A stretch of 44,628 nucleotides of DNA from Acidimicrobiales bacterium (GTDB taxonomy: Bacteria; Actinomycetota; Acidimicrobiia; Acidimicrobiales; Iamiaceae). The translations under genes and the position numbers were made by a program. Of the stretch, positions 26,910 through 37,804 are shown in pieces. The stretch lies in the NCBI GenBank assembly GCA_036724365.1, contig DAIMFV010000005.1, positions 1 to 44,628 of the forward strand, given 5' to 3'. Positions within the stretch are counted from its first letter, which is position 1, and every line of letters begins with the position of its first letter. Under the pieces are notes generated by a model. The model searched no databases and was not told the DNA's origin. It was given only the letters and a program-made list of their open reading frames with translations.

Positions 26910-28837
26910 GCGCCCCGGCCACCCCCGACACCCACCAGACCCACGGCCCCGACCGGCTGCTCCCGGGGCTGGTCGCGTCGCAAGAGGTGCGGTGGTCCGC
27001 GACCAGCGGCCTGCTCATCGCAGCCGGCTACCTGGCCGGGCCGCTGGGCGCGCCGGGTGTCGTGTCGACAGCGCTGTTCGTGGCGGCGGCGGTGGTCGGC
27101 GCCCGGTTCTTCGCCGCCGAGGCGGTCGAGGAGCTCGTGTCCGAGCGCGAGATCGGCATCGAGCTGTTGATGACCGTCGCGGCGGTGATCGCCGGCGCGC
27201 TCGGCGCCTGGTCCGAAGCCGCCGCGTTGGCGTTCCTGTACTCGATCAGCGAGGCCCTCGAGGAGTTCACCGAGGACCGCACCCGCGATGCCATCCGCAA
27301 GCTGTTGGACCTCGCCCCTCGAACGGTCACCGTCGTCGCGCCCGATGGCACCGAACGCGACGTCGACATCGACACCGTGGCGGTCGGCGACCGGTTCCTG
27401 ATCCGCCCCGGACAGAACGTCGCCACCGACGGTCGCGTCATCGACGGCACCTCTGCGGTCGACGAGTCTGCCGTCACCGGCGAGTCGATCCCCATCGACA
27501 AGACCCCAGGCGACCCGGTCATCGCCGGCACCGCGAACGGCCACGGGGCCCTCGTCGCCGAAGCGACGGCCACCGCCTCCACCAACACCCTGGCCCGGGT
27601 CGTCGACCTCGTCAGCGAGGCCCAGGAACAGAAGGGCCGGGGCCAGCAGTTCATGGAGCGCTTCGCCCGCATCTACTCCCCCGCGGTGCTCGCCCTTGGC
27701 GCCGCCGTCCTCCTCATCGGTGGTGGGGTGAGTGGCGACTGGTCCGAATGGGCGCTGCGGGCCGCGACCGTGCTCGTCGCCGCCGCGCCCTGTGCGCTGG
27801 TCATCTCGATCCCGGTCACCTACGTCGCCGCCATGGGACGCGCCAGCCGCGACGGCGTGCTCATCAAGGGCGGCATCTACCTCGAGGAGCTCGGCCGGCT
27901 TCGCGCCATCGCCTTGGACAAGACCGGCACCCTCACCCACGGCCGACCCGAGCTCACCGAGATCCACCCCCTCGACGGCCGCGACCCCGACCAGCTCCTC
28001 ACCTTCGCCGCCACCGCCGAGCGCCGCTCCGAACACCCCATCGCCCGAGCCATCGTGCGCGCCGCCGATGCCCGCAACCTCACCATCGGCGAACCCGACA
28101 CCTTCCACGCCGCCGTCGGCGGCGGCATCCACGCCCGCATCGACGGCACCGACCTCACCATCGCCAGCCCCGACTACACCACCAGCCAGGGCCACGACCT
28201 CAACCCGGCCGTGACCACGGTGATCGAAGACCTCGAGTCCAACGGCAACACCACCGTCGTGATGGCCGACCCCACCGGACCCCTCGCCGTGCTCGCCGTC
28301 GCCGACACCATCCGCCCCCAAGCCGCCGACACCATCCACCGGCTCCGAGCACTCGGCGTCAAACACATCACCATGCTCACCGGCGACAACCCCCGCACCG
28401 CCCGAGCCATCGCCACCCGAGCCGGCATCGACCACGTCGACGCCAGCCTCAAACCCGAAGACAAGGCCGCCCGCATCCGCCAACTCGTCGACGAGCACCA
28501 CCACGTCGCCATGGTCGGCGACGGCATCAACGACGCCCCACCGCTCGCCGCCGCCAGCGTCGGTATCGCCATGGGCACCGCCGGCAGCGACATCGCCCTC
28601 GAGACCGCGGATGTCGCCCTCATGGCCGACGACCTCACCCGACTCGTCACCGCCATCACCATCGGACGGCGCACCCGCCGCGTCGTCACCCAGAACCTCA
28701 TCCTCTCGCTGATCATCCTCGCCGCCCTGGTCCCCGCCGCCCTGTTCGGAGTCATCGGACTGGCCGCCGCCGTCCTCGCCCACGAGCTCTCCGAGCTCGT
28801 CGTCATCCTCAACGGCACCCGCATGGCCAAGAAGTAG
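26906..28837 (+). CDS. Divalent-metal (Cd/Zn/Pb/Co-type) P1B ATPase without an HMA domain
   Basis: TGES, APCALVIS, DKTGTLT, SEHP, GDGINDAP, HELSE. Confidence 0.9.
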   Translation: MSAPATPDTHQTHGPDRLLPGLVASQEVRWSATSGLLIAAGYLAGPLGAPGVVSTALFVAAAVVGARFFAAEAVEELVSEREIGIELLMTVAAVIAGALGAWSEAAALAFLYSISEALEEFTEDRTRDAIRKLLDLAPRTVTVVAPDGTERDVDIDTVAVGDRFLIRPGQNVATDGRVIDGTSAVDESAVTGESIPIDKTPGDPVIAGTANGHGALVAEATATASTNTLARVVDLVSEAQEQKGRGQQFMERFARIYSPAVLALGAAVLLIGGGVSGDWSEWALRAATVLVAAAPCALVISIPVTYVAAMGRASRDGVLIKGGIYLEELGRLRAIALDKTGTLTHGRPELTEIHPLDGRDPDQLLTFAATAERRSEHPIARAIVRAADARNLTIGEPDTFHAAVGGGIHARIDGTDLTIASPDYTTSQGHDLNPAVTTVIEDLESNGNTTVVMADPTGPLAVLAVADTIRPQAADTIHRLRALGVKHITMLTGDNPRTARAIATRAGIDHVDASLKPEDKAARIRQLVDEHHHVAMVGDGINDAPPLAAASVGIAMGTAGSDIALETADVALMADDLTRLVTAITIGRRTRRVVTQNLILSLIILAALVPAALFGVIGLAAAVLAHELSELVVILNGTRMAKK

Positions 28838-29080
28838 GGCCACCTGGCTGTGATCGGCGCAGGTGGAGCCACGACCAGCCAGCCCTGCGGACATTCGACA
28901 GTTCGCAACCGGTCGAGGAGTTCGTGCGGCGTTCTACCGGGCAGGTCGATGCGGACTCCATGTCGTTGACCTGCGGGTTCGCGAGATGAGCCGTTCTGCT
29001 CGACATCAGAGCGGGACGTTCTCACGATCGTTCTACCGGGTTCCGGAGCGCCCGGATCCGGAAGAACAGGAGGATCCGCC

Positions 29081-30250
29081 ATGCAAGGACACGTCGCCCG
29101 CAAGCGCGATCGCTACTACGCCGTCATCTATGAAGGGCTCGACCCGGTCACCGGCAAGGAACGGCGCAGCTGGCATCCCGCCGGCACCGACCGCACCGAA
29201 GCCGCAGCGCTCGTTGCGCGCCTCGCCGCCGAGCGCGACGGCCGCAACGACGAGGTCCGCTCGCTCACCTTCGGGGCCTACCTCACCCACCATTGGCTTC
29301 CCGCCAAGCGCCTCGAGCTGCGCGTCAGCACTCATCGCAGCTACGTCCACAAGACCCAGCGCCACATCCTCCCCGTCCTGGGCCGCAAGCGGCTCCGCCG
29401 GCTGCGGCCCGAAGACCTCGAACGGCTCTACAACTCGATGCTGCAGCCCAAAGACGGCACCCGGGCCCTCGCCCCGAAGACCGTCTACGAGGTGCACCTG
29501 ATCATCCGCGGCGCCCTCGACCAAGCGTTGCGCCGAGGGCTCGTGACCCGCAACGTCGCGCTGGCCGCTTCTGCACCCAAGCTGCGGGCGATCCCCAAGG
29601 CCGAGCAGAAGACCTGGACCGCCGACGAGCTCCAGGCGATCCTGCGGGCTGCGGCCGGTCACCGGCTGTTCCCAGCCCTGTGGCTGTCGGCCAACACCGG
29701 GATGCGGCGCTCCGAGCTCCGCGGGCTGAAGTGGTCCGACCTCGACGTGGCGAAGAAGCGCCTGTCGATCAACCGCGGACTGGTCGCAGTCGGCTACGAG
29801 CTCCACGAATCACGCGGCAAGACCGACAACTCCCGGCGCTGCATCGACCTCGACCAGACCACTCTCGCGGTCCTGGCAGGTTGGCGGACACTCCAAGCCG
29901 CCGAGTTCGCCGCCGTCGGCATCGACGACCCTGGCTGGATGTTCACCTCCGCGTCGGGCGGGCCCGTGCACCCCCACTCGATCAGCCAGACCTTCGACCG
30001 GATCGTGCGACGCGCCCCGGTCCCCGTCATCCCGTTCCACGGTCTGCGCCACACCCACGCCAGCCTGCTCAGCGCCAACGACGTCGACGCCAAGGTCGCG
30101 TCCGAACGCCTCGGACACAGCGAGTTCGTGTTCACCGTCCAGAGCTACCAGCACACCTTCCCAGGGATGCACACCGACGCCGCCCGCGTCATCGAAGCAC
30201 TCCTCACCCCACGCGCCACCGAAAACCCCAAGCTCGCCGAAGCCGGTTGA
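29081..30250 (+). CDS. Tyrosine integrase 3
   Basis: AGGAGG RBS; TGMRRSE, HGLRH, LGH...YQH intact. Confidence 0.94.
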   Translation: MQGHVARKRDRYYAVIYEGLDPVTGKERRSWHPAGTDRTEAAALVARLAAERDGRNDEVRSLTFGAYLTHHWLPAKRLELRVSTHRSYVHKTQRHILPVLGRKRLRRLRPEDLERLYNSMLQPKDGTRALAPKTVYEVHLIIRGALDQALRRGLVTRNVALAASAPKLRAIPKAEQKTWTADELQAILRAAAGHRLFPALWLSANTGMRRSELRGLKWSDLDVAKKRLSINRGLVAVGYELHESRGKTDNSRRCIDLDQTTLAVLAGWRTLQAAEFAAVGIDDPGWMFTSASGGPVHPHSISQTFDRIVRRAPVPVIPFHGLRHTHASLLSANDVDAKVASERLGHSEFVFTVQSYQHTFPGMHTDAARVIEALLTPRATENPKLAEAG

Positions 30251-30285
30251 ACACCCGGGAGAACGAACCCCGAACCCGGTTGAAC
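30243..30285 (+). repeat. Arm-type repeats CCGG(TT/GA)GAAC x3, left of att3
   Basis: Copies start at 30243, 30255 and 30276. Confidence 0.65.
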
Positions 30286-30300
30286 GTCCCGACAACGAGC

Positions 30301-30327
30301 AAGGCCCAGGTCGCTGACCTGGGCCTT
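30301..30327 (-). terminator. 12-bp perfect hairpin downstream of tRNA fragment 3
   Basis: AAGGCCCAGGTC-GCT-GACCTGGGCCTT. Confidence 0.6.
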
Positions 30328-30336
30328 CACTCACAA

Positions 30337-30383
30337 GTTGGTGGCGGGGGCAGGATTTGAACCTGCGACCTTCGGGTTATGAG
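30337..30383 (-). repeat. att3: 3' half of initiator tRNA-Met
   Basis: 47 bp identical to att1 and att2; diverges immediately after the anticodon loop. Confidence 0.92.
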
Positions 30384-30495
30384 GTTTCCGATCAGCCTCT
30401 CCGCCCGTACCAATACGTACCCGATAGTGCCCTTGAGCTGGGGATTCGTCGCTCAGTCTACGCCGGTCGTGCCAACCCGTACACCCCTGTAGCGC

Positions 30496-30522
30496 GCCGC
30501 ACAGTAGAAGGAACAGTAGAAG
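30496..30522 (+). repeat. att3 right-arm repeat ACAGTAGAAG x2 (12-bp period)
   Basis: gccgcacagtagaaggaacagtagaag. Confidence 0.7.
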
Positions 30523-30794
30523 CGCAGGCCCCTCTCGCTGACCCTGAATTGCGATGCTAGAGGCCCTCGTGACGCGCTCCGCAGTTCGAACGGCGAGGTT
30601 GTCACCTGAGAACGCCCACCGGCGGCGGCCGACCTTCGGGTTTCGCTCGATGGCGAGTCGCCCGCATCGAGCACCGCAATGGGTGCGGCGCGACGACGGT
30701 AGACGTCGCCGCAGTAGACGTCGATGACCCGCTGCCGGCGTGCTGGAGTTGCCCGCCTCGCCGGATCCGGCCGGTGACGCGCCGGGAGCCGTGG

Positions 30795-31406
30795 TTAGGT
30801 CCGCCGTAGGTACGTATGGACGACGTCAACCCAGGCGTCGATCAGTTGCTCGCTGTCGGTCGTCATGTCGGAGCCGTAGATCTCGGCCTCCCGGACGAAG
30901 TTGATGAGCGTGCCCGTCGCCATGCGGGCGAGGGCCTCGACGTTCGAGGGGGTCGGCAATTCGTGAGCGTGCGCGAGATCTCGGATGATGTCCGCGGTCA
31001 GGCCGTAGCCGCGTTCGATGACTTCGACCCGGACGCGCTCCCGGAGTTCCGGGATCATGTTCGGATCTCGCTCGATGATCCGAAGCAGAGGCCGCGACGC
31101 AGCAATGCCCGCGAGCCCGCCGCGGGCCAGCACCGTCAACTCGGACCGCAGATCCGCGAGCGGCAAGAGCTTCCGCGCTTGTTCGAGGAACTGAACCGAC
31201 TCGAGGACCGGCTCCAGCGCAGCTTCGAGCAGCTCTCGCTTCGACGAGAAGTGGCGGTAGAGCCCGCCGGCACCCGGCGAGAGTCCGGCCCGCTCCTCGA
31301 TCGCGGAGATCGCCGAGCCCTTGTAGCCGCGCTCGCCGAAGAGCTCGATCGCAGCGTCGATGATCCGTTGGCGAGTTGACGGGCTCACCCGAACAAGTGT
31401 AACCAT
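30795..31406 (-). CDS. TetR-family regulator (start may be GTG 31388)
   Basis: TRQRIIDAAIELFGERGY...IEERAGLS...LYRHFSSK. Confidence 0.9.
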   Translation of the reverse strand: MVTLVRVSPSTRQRIIDAAIELFGERGYKGSAISAIEERAGLSPGAGGLYRHFSSKRELLEAALEPVLESVQFLEQARKLLPLADLRSELTVLARGGLAGIAASRPLLRIIERDPNMIPELRERVRVEVIERGYGLTADIIRDLAHAHELPTPSNVEALARMATGTLINFVREAEIYGSDMTTDSEQLIDAWVDVVHTYLRRT

Positions 31407-31434
31407 TCACTTACCCAGATAAGTGTTCACTTAC
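31395..31434. promoter_or_regulatory. TetR operator candidates
   Basis: TTCACTTAC twice (31406, 31426) and near-palindrome TAAGTG-TT-CACTTA; AT-rich patch between divergent genes. Confidence 0.55.
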
Positions 31435-31453
31435 GAGCGCGGGGCGCGATGCG

Positions 31454-32065
31454 ATGGCAGTTCGGATTGAGATCGAGACGGAACCGGTCTCGGGCGGCCG
31501 GGTCGTCCTCCACCTCCTCTTCCGACTCCTTCCGATGCTGGTCATGGCAGGTGTGCTCACCGCCGCAGCAACCATCGTGGCGTTCGCAATCGGGATCTCC
31601 GTGGTCGCAACCGGCCACGTCCCCTGGCGACTCGCCAGCTTCCAGGTCCGCGCGATCCGTCAGCGCGTCCGTACCTTCTCGGGCTTCTTCCTCCTCAGAG
31701 CCGACACACCTGCCTGGCCGGCTGAACTCGACCTGTGCGATCCGGGCGACGACCCGAGGGTCACGGTCACCGTGGACGTTCCCACGACTCTGGTCCGGTG
31801 GGCGCCGTTGTCCCATACAGCGCGGGCTGTCGCTCACCTGCTCCTTCTCGTGCCTCTCGCAGTGGCGCTCGACCTCCTCTATCCCGTCTGGCTCGTTCTT
31901 GTCGCACGACGCGGCTGGTCAACCACAGCCAAGGAGCGGCTCGTTGTTACGGAGCAGTGGACAGCCGATGTACTCGCTCACGCCTGGCTCGTGAGCGCTA
32001 CTCCGCCCAGACCGCGATGGGCAGAACTCACCAGCGCGCGTCGGTCAACAGGCTCCAATAGGTGA
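31454..32065 (+). CDS. Membrane protein, DUF4389-like
   Basis: Two repeated hydrophobic units each ending L....PP/P.P. Confidence 0.55.
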   Translation: MAVRIEIETEPVSGGRVVLHLLFRLLPMLVMAGVLTAAATIVAFAIGISVVATGHVPWRLASFQVRAIRQRVRTFSGFFLLRADTPAWPAELDLCDPGDDPRVTVTVDVPTTLVRWAPLSHTARAVAHLLLLVPLAVALDLLYPVWLVLVARRGWSTTAKERLVVTEQWTADVLAHAWLVSATPPRPRWAELTSARRSTGSNR

Positions 32066-32159
32066 CCTCAGGTCCGATCGGGTCCGAGACCCGCTGCGTC
32101 GGCGCGGCTCTTCGGGTTGGCGCGGCGTCGGAGCCACTTGGCGGCGGCGCCCGGGTCGG

Positions 32160-33194
32160 TCATCGGCGGTGGCGGAGGCCTTGCCCGAGCAGCCCAACGA
32201 AGGCGGCGGCCCAGGCGAACAGGGCAACGGCGAGCGTCGCCTTGGGGAGCCAGTCGAGCGCGTCCAGCTCGATGGCGGCGCGCATGCGGTAGGTGGCGAC
32301 GCCGTACATGCCGAGGGGGAAGACGAGCGCCCAGTACGAGGGGTGGTAGCGGAGAGGCACGCGGTTGATGAGGTGGCGCCAGACGCCGATGGCGACCATG
32401 AGCGGGAACCAGAAAGTGGCGGTGGCCCAGGCGAGGACGACGATGCCTTCGATGAACGGCGCGAGTCGGTCGATGCGGTTCGACACGGTGCGGGCGGCGA
32501 GGAGGTTCGAGCCGGCGAGCACGGTGATGGCGACGGCACCCGCCGCGATCCACGCCGGTGGGTCGGCTTCGGTGGGTTCGAGCTCGGCGAAGGTCCACCG
32601 CAGGAAGACCATCGTCATGACGATGAGGTAGAGGACGAGCCCGAGGGCGAACGCGGCGATGAGCGCGAAGGCGAGGAGATCGTCGGAGTGTCGTGCCAGG
32701 AGGAGCGCGCCGAGCACGACGACGGATTCGGTGGCGACGGTGAGCAGGAACCAGGTGCCGTTGATTCCCTTCTCGAGGCCGGGCTTCGGTCCTTTGAGCA
32801 CCACGGCGAACAAGGTCGCGTAGACGAAGAAGGCCCAGAGGGCGAGGCTGAACCACCACAGGCCCCATGCGAGGGCCCACTGGTTGTGTATGACGCCCGA
32901 CGCGCTGCCGAGCACGTTGGTGGCGGCGACCGTGGTGAGGAAGGCGAAGCCTTTGGTGTGGCTGGTGATATCGGCGGCGAGGAGCTTGGAGGCGATGAGC
33001 AGCCGCCACGTCAACAACACAGCCAAGACCACGTAGGTGATTGCCGCGACGAGGTACAGGCCGTCGGCCAACCAGGTGAGGTCCTGTTGCGACGCGCCGA
33101 CCGCGACGATCCCGGTGGCCATGACCATGGCGAAGTAGCCGGGGAACAACGACCGGACGTTGTCGGTCACGGTGTGGTGCCCGGATGCGCTCAC
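32160..33194 (-). CDS. TDT/SLAC1 (TehA/Ssu1-like) anion transporter
   Basis: PGYFAMVMATGIV, WFLLTVATES, W..VFPLGMY; GTGA overlap with the upstream gene. Confidence 0.88.
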   Translation of the reverse strand: MSASGHHTVTDNVRSLFPGYFAMVMATGIVAVGASQQDLTWLADGLYLVAAITYVVLAVLLTWRLLIASKLLAADITSHTKGFAFLTTVAATNVLGSASGVIHNQWALAWGLWWFSLALWAFFVYATLFAVVLKGPKPGLEKGINGTWFLLTVATESVVVLGALLLARHSDDLLAFALIAAFALGLVLYLIVMTMVFLRWTFAELEPTEADPPAWIAAGAVAITVLAGSNLLAARTVSNRIDRLAPFIEGIVVLAWATATFWFPLMVAIGVWRHLINRVPLRYHPSYWALVFPLGMYGVATYRMRAAIELDALDWLPKATLAVALFAWAAAFVGLLGQGLRHRR

Positions 33195-33394
33195 GGGCGC
33201 AGGTACCGCAACAGCACAGCGGAGCCCGCGGCGAGCACGACCGAGACGCCGGCGGTGGCCCAGGCGAGGGGCTCGTCGTCCGTGGCGAATGCCTCGACGG
33301 CGACGGTGAGCAGGAACACCTGGAACGCGACGAGGATGATGACGTACACGGCCACCGCCGAGGAGGCGCGGGTGTCGCGCTGGGTGGTCCTCAC
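33191..33394 (-). CDS. Small 2-TM subunit (DUF6755-like)
   Basis: 67 aa, Q.FLLTVAVEAF; overlaps both neighbours. Confidence 0.7.
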   Translation of the reverse strand: MRTTQRDTRASSAVAVYVIILVAFQVFLLTVAVEAFATDDEPLAWATAGVSVVLAAGSAVLLRYLRP

Positions 33395-33888
33395 GGCTGG
33401 TACCCGAGAGCCCAGATGGTGTCGTCTCGGATCTCGACGTCGATGCGGCCGAGGGGCCGGGGTGGCGGCCCGGAGATGACGGTGCCGGTGCGGGTGTCGA
33501 AGTTGCCTTCGTGACAGGGGCAGTGCCAGCGGTCTTCCTCAGCTTCGAAGTAGACGACACAGCCGAGGTGGGTGCACTTCTGGCTGAACGCCACGACCTC
33601 GTCCTCGGCGACGCGCAGCAGGATGGCGGGGTCGTTGTCGCTGGGGTACTTGAACAGGTAGGTGTCGCCGACGGCGACATCGGCAAGGGGGATCAGCGCT
33701 CGTGGTTCGCCGGTGTTGATAGTGCGCAGCTGGGTCCAGGCGGCGAAGCCGAGGTTGCCGGCAGCCATGACCCCGGCGCCGGCCACCAGGTAGCGGGCGA
33801 ACTCGCGGCGGGTGACCTCGTCTTCGGCGGCGGACTCGTAGGGGAAGTCTCGCTTCCAGACCGGGGGCGGCGCGGGGTCGTCGGCCAT
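33391..33888 (-). CDS. Rieske [2Fe-2S] protein with Tat-like TM anchor
   Basis: TRREF plus hydrophobic helix; CTHLGC and CPCHEG. Confidence 0.92.
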   Translation of the reverse strand: MADDPAPPPVWKRDFPYESAAEDEVTRREFARYLVAGAGVMAAGNLGFAAWTQLRTINTGEPRALIPLADVAVGDTYLFKYPSDNDPAILLRVAEDEVVAFSQKCTHLGCVVYFEAEEDRWHCPCHEGNFDTRTGTVISGPPPRPLGRIDVEIRDDTIWALGYQP

Positions 33889-34505
33889 CAGTCCTCCAGG
33901 GCGAAGGGGTCGTCGAGCCACGTGCCGGTGGTCCCGCCGAGGGCGTCGATCGGGCCGAGATCATCGACCACGGTGAACACCTTGGTGTGCACCGCTTGGC
34001 GGCCGAACAGCCAGTTGTCGACGATCGAACCGCGGCGGGTGGCGTGGAACTCCTCGGGCGTGCCGTACCAGAGGGCCTCGCTCGGACACACCGACGCGCA
34101 CATCGGGGCGTAGCCCTCCGAGGTGCGATCGGTGCACATGTCGCACTTCATCATCTGGTCGAACTCGGCGACGTACTTGGGGACACCGAACGGGCAGGCG
34201 ATCACGCAGTTCGAACACCCGATGCAGCGGGGCTTGAGCGCCGATTGCACGATGCCCTCCTCGGTCTGCTTGATCGCATCGGCGGGGCAGACCTGGGCAC
34301 AGGTGGGATCTTCGCAGTGCATGCAGACCATCGGTGCGGTCTGGGTGCTTGCGACCCGGTCGATGCGCTCGAGGTGGATGAGCGACTGCCCCCGGTGGGT
34401 GCCGCACTCGGAGCATGCCTGGACGCAAGCTTCGCAGCCGATGCACCGGCTGGGGTCGATCACGAAGATGGGCCGGTCGTCGATGCCGTAGCGGGTGGTC
34501 TTCAT
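33888..34505 (-). CDS. Four-cluster Fe-S subunit (DmsB/NrfC/FdnH-like)
   Basis: Four Cys groups: [39 protein letters not shown]...CASVC. Confidence 0.92.
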   Translation of the reverse strand: MKTTRYGIDDRPIFVIDPSRCIGCEACVQACSECGTHRGQSLIHLERIDRVASTQTAPMVCMHCEDPTCAQVCPADAIKQTEEGIVQSALKPRCIGCSNCVIACPFGVPKYVAEFDQMMKCDMCTDRTSEGYAPMCASVCPSEALWYGTPEEFHATRRGSIVDNWLFGRQAVHTKVFTVVDDLGPIDALGGTTGTWLDDPFALED

Positions 34506-36691
34506 GCCGGCTCCTCCGTTGCCTTGGCGACGCGGACGGCGGCGACCTTGAACTCGGGCATCTTCGACAGGGGGTCCACGGCGCGGATGGTGAGCTGGTT
34601 GGCGGCTTTGTTGCCGGGCCAGTGGTAGGGGATGAACACGGTGTCGGGCCGGATGGTGGTGACCACCGCGGCGGGCAGGGTGATCTCGCCGCGGCGGGAC
34701 CGCACGGTGACCTGGTCACCGTTGGTGATGCCGAGGGAGTCGGCGAGGAAGGGGTGGATCTCGCACAGCGGCTCGGGGTACTGGTCGACGAGGCTGGCGA
34801 TGCGGCGGGTCTGGGTGCCCGACAGGTACTGGCTGACCACGCGCCCGGTGGTGAGCCACACCGGGTAGTCGTCGTCGACGACCTCAGCCGGTGGCCGGTA
34901 GGGCACGGCGTGGAAGCGGGCCTTGCCATCAGGATGCGAGAAGATCCCGCCCTCGTGGAGGCGGGGGGTGCCGGGATGGCCGACCTCGGGAATCGGCCAG
35001 AACAGGCCGTGCTCGTCCACGATGCGCTCCCACGTGGCGCCGGTGTAGTCCGCGGTGCCCCCCGACGACGCACGGCAGAGCTCGTCGAAGATCTCACGGG
35101 TGTTCTGGTACTGGAAGTGCTCGCCCTTGCCGAGCCGTTCGGCGACCTCGAGGAGGATCTCCCAGTCCAGGCGAGCCTCGCCCGGGGGCGTGACCGCCGC
35201 ATTGATCTTGATGATGCGGCCCTCGCCGCTGGTCGAGGTGCCCTCGTCCTCCTCGTGCAGCGACCCGGGCAGCACCACATCGGCGTGCTGGGCGGACTCG
35301 GAGAGGAAGAAGTCGATGACGGAGTAGAACTCGAGCTTGTCGAGCGCTTCGGCGGTGAAGTTGCTGTCCGGAGACGAGACGGCGGGGTTGAAGCAGATCG
35401 ACAGCAGGCCCTTGATGGTGCCGTCGTGGATGGCCTCGATGATCTCCTGGGCGGGGATGCCTTTGCCGGGGATCTCGGATTCGTCGACTTCCCACACCTT
35501 GGCGACCGCGGCGCGGTGTTCGGGGTTGGTGATGTCGCGGTTGCCGGGGAGCTGGTCGCACTTGTGGCCGTGCTCGCGTCCGCCTTGGCCGTTGCCCTGA
35601 CCGGTGATGGTGGACACGCCGCAGCCGGGTTTGCCGAACTTGCCGGTGGCGAGACCGAGGTTGATGGCGGCGAGGACGTTCTCGGTGCCCTTGGTCTGTT
35701 GCTCGATGCCGCGGGCGTGCAGCATCATCCCGGTTGCTGCGGTCCCCCACAGCTCTGCCGCCTCCTCGATCCGCGATGCGGGTACCCCGGTGATCTCCGC
35801 AGCCCACGCAGGGGTCATGTCGGCGGCGGCTGCGGCGGCTTGGTCGAAGTCGTGGGTGTGGGCGTCGATGAAGTCGTGGTCGAGCCAGTCGTTGCGGATC
35901 AGCTCGTGCAGCACCGCACCGAACAGCGCCGAGTCGCTGCCCGGCCGGACCGGCAGAAACAGATCCGCGGTGCGGGCCAGCGGCACGACGCGAGGGTCTT
36001 GCACGATGAGCTTGGCCCCGCGGTCGCGGGCCCGCCAGATGTAGCTGGTGGTGATCGGGAACGTCTCGGCCACGTTCGAGCCGGCGACCCACACGACATC
36101 GGCGAGGGGGATGTCGCTCCACGGGTTCGGGGCCCGGTCGATCCCGAGGGCCTTCTTGTTGCCGACGCCGGCCGACACCATGCAGTAGCGGCCGTTGTAG
36201 TCGAGGTTCGCGGTGTGCAGAGCCAGGCGGGCGAACTTGCCGACCAGGTAGCTCTTCTCGTTGGTGAGCGAGACCCCCGAGAGCATGGCGAAGGCGTCGT
36301 CGCCGTAGGTGGCTTGGATGCGCTGGATCTCGCTCACTACCTGGGAGAGCGCCTCGTCCCAGGTCACGGTGCGGAACCCGCCCGGTGCTGATTCGTCGCG
36401 GACCATCGGGTGCAGGAGCCGGTCGGGGTGGCTGCCTTGGAGGTAGCGCTTGACGCCCTTGGGGCAGAGCTTGCCCTCGTTGAACGGGAAGTCGTACCAG
36501 GGCTCGAAGCCGACGACCTCGTTGTCGTGGACCTTGAGCTTGATACCGCACTGCTGGCCGCAGAAGCAGCAGTGGGTCTCGACGACCTTGTCGATCTCCA
36601 GGCCGGCGTCCCACCCGCCGGGTGGTGCCTCGTTGAGGTGCGGCCCGTACCGCTCGATCAGCAGGGCTTCGGTGATCGGGATCCGTGCCAT
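34502..36691 (-). CDS. Mo-bisPGD oxidoreductase, Nas/Nap-type nitrate-reductase-like, no Tat signal
   Basis: [11 protein letters not shown]...LCPKG [4Fe-4S]; [11 protein letters not shown]ys ligand; [19 protein letters not shown]. Confidence 0.88.
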   Translation of the reverse strand: MARIPITEALLIERYGPHLNEAPPGGWDAGLEIDKVVETHCCFCGQQCGIKLKVHDNEVVGFEPWYDFPFNEGKLCPKGVKRYLQGSHPDRLLHPMVRDESAPGGFRTVTWDEALSQVVSEIQRIQATYGDDAFAMLSGVSLTNEKSYLVGKFARLALHTANLDYNGRYCMVSAGVGNKKALGIDRAPNPWSDIPLADVVWVAGSNVAETFPITTSYIWRARDRGAKLIVQDPRVVPLARTADLFLPVRPGSDSALFGAVLHELIRNDWLDHDFIDAHTHDFDQAAAAAADMTPAWAAEITGVPASRIEEAAELWGTAATGMMLHARGIEQQTKGTENVLAAINLGLATGKFGKPGCGVSTITGQGNGQGGREHGHKCDQLPGNRDITNPEHRAAVAKVWEVDESEIPGKGIPAQEIIEAIHDGTIKGLLSICFNPAVSSPDSNFTAEALDKLEFYSVIDFFLSESAQHADVVLPGSLHEEDEGTSTSGEGRIIKINAAVTPPGEARLDWEILLEVAERLGKGEHFQYQNTREIFDELCRASSGGTADYTGATWERIVDEHGLFWPIPEVGHPGTPRLHEGGIFSHPDGKARFHAVPYRPPAEVVDDDYPVWLTTGRVVSQYLSGTQTRRIASLVDQYPEPLCEIHPFLADSLGITNGDQVTVRSRRGEITLPAAVVTTIRPDTVFIPYHWPGNKAANQLTIRAVDPLSKMPEFKVAAVRVAKATEEPA

Positions 36692-37725
36692 CAGCCGAAG
36701 CCTCCCACTCGTGCGGACTGGGCCAAGGTGACACTGGCCCGTCGGCACCGCGGGCAGGTGTCCTGGTAGTTGCCTCCGCCGTCGATGTCGTAGTCGAAGC
36801 CGACCTGGGGGAGGACCTCTTTGAGGTCGGCGACCTGCTGGGCGCTGGCGAACCCTTCGCCGCAGCGGCGGCACACGGCCTCGGGGCCCTCGGCGTTGGC
36901 CGTCTTGTAGTAGGCGACGCCGAGGTTGCCGGGCCGTTGGAAGATGTGGAACAGCTTCCCGAACGGCAGGTACATGAGCCCCAGGATGACGGTGAGGGCG
37001 TGGATCGTGTTGAGCGCCGAGTAGAACTGGCCGTCCAGCCAGGTGCTCGACACGGTGAGGAACAGTCCGGTGACCGACACCGCGAAGAGGCCGGCGAGGG
37101 CGAGGAAGTCGCCGCTGCGCTCGACCGCGAGGGCGCCGGGATCATGGAGGCGGCGGCGCAGGAAGATGAACACCCCCGCGAGCACGAGCACCGCAGCGAT
37201 GTCGAGGCCGTGGAAGACGACCCAGCCCAGCACGGTGTCAGCATCGAACTCGGCGGTACCCACCTGCGACACGTACACCTGGTAGCGGTCGGCCTGCTGA
37301 CCCACGCTCTCGAAATGCAGGAGACCCAACGTCAGCGGGAACGTGATCAGCGCGGCGAGGATGCACCCCCAGAACACCAGCTGATGGGCCAGCCACCGCA
37401 TCCGTGAACGCCTTCGGATGAAGGTCTGTGCCAGCAGCTGGGTGCCCACCAGCGCCGGCAGGGCGACGGCGTTGCGGGCCTTGCGGGCCCGGAACGCATC
37501 CCAGCCGCGCCGGTTCAACATGGCCGTGGACGGTCGGCGCAACCACACCGCGTAGCGATAGACCACGCCGAACACCGCGAAGATCGTGCCGAACAGGTAG
37601 CCGACCAGGGCGGCGTCGAACCACACCAGCTGGTCGCTGCCGATGAAGGTCAACGCCACGACCATCGCCACGGCCACCAGACCCCAGGTCACTCCTCGCC
37701 GGTCCACGGAACTGGTTGCGGCCAT
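36691..37725 (-). CDS. NarI/HdrE-like membrane anchor with C-terminal CxxC...CxxC
   Basis: [42 protein letters not shown] and CPRC. Confidence 0.75.
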   Translation of the reverse strand: MAATSSVDRRGVTWGLVAVAMVVALTFIGSDQLVWFDAALVGYLFGTIFAVFGVVYRYAVWLRRPSTAMLNRRGWDAFRARKARNAVALPALVGTQLLAQTFIRRRSRMRWLAHQLVFWGCILAALITFPLTLGLLHFESVGQQADRYQVYVSQVGTAEFDADTVLGWVVFHGLDIAAVLVLAGVFIFLRRRLHDPGALAVERSGDFLALAGLFAVSVTGLFLTVSSTWLDGQFYSALNTIHALTVILGLMYLPFGKLFHIFQRPGNLGVAYYKTANAEGPEAVCRRCGEGFASAQQVADLKEVLPQVGFDYDIDGGGNYQDTCPRCRRASVTLAQSARVGGFG

Positions 37726-37804
37726 CGTCGTCACACCTCCTCGTGGCATCGACGTTAGAGCGAGGCAACCGGCGCCGCTCGCGCGAACCGCCGGCCGTCG
37801 TGGG

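Noticed and set aside
27900..28840. Strong C/A skew in the third ATPase gene
   Set aside because: Explained by C-ending codon preference; no periodic repeat seen
33391..36691. Arsenite oxidase (aioAB) call based on Rieske plus molybdoenzyme
   Set aside because: The enzyme has a Cys Mo ligand and a [4Fe-4S]-type Cys pattern of the Nas type, plus extra subunits Aio lacks
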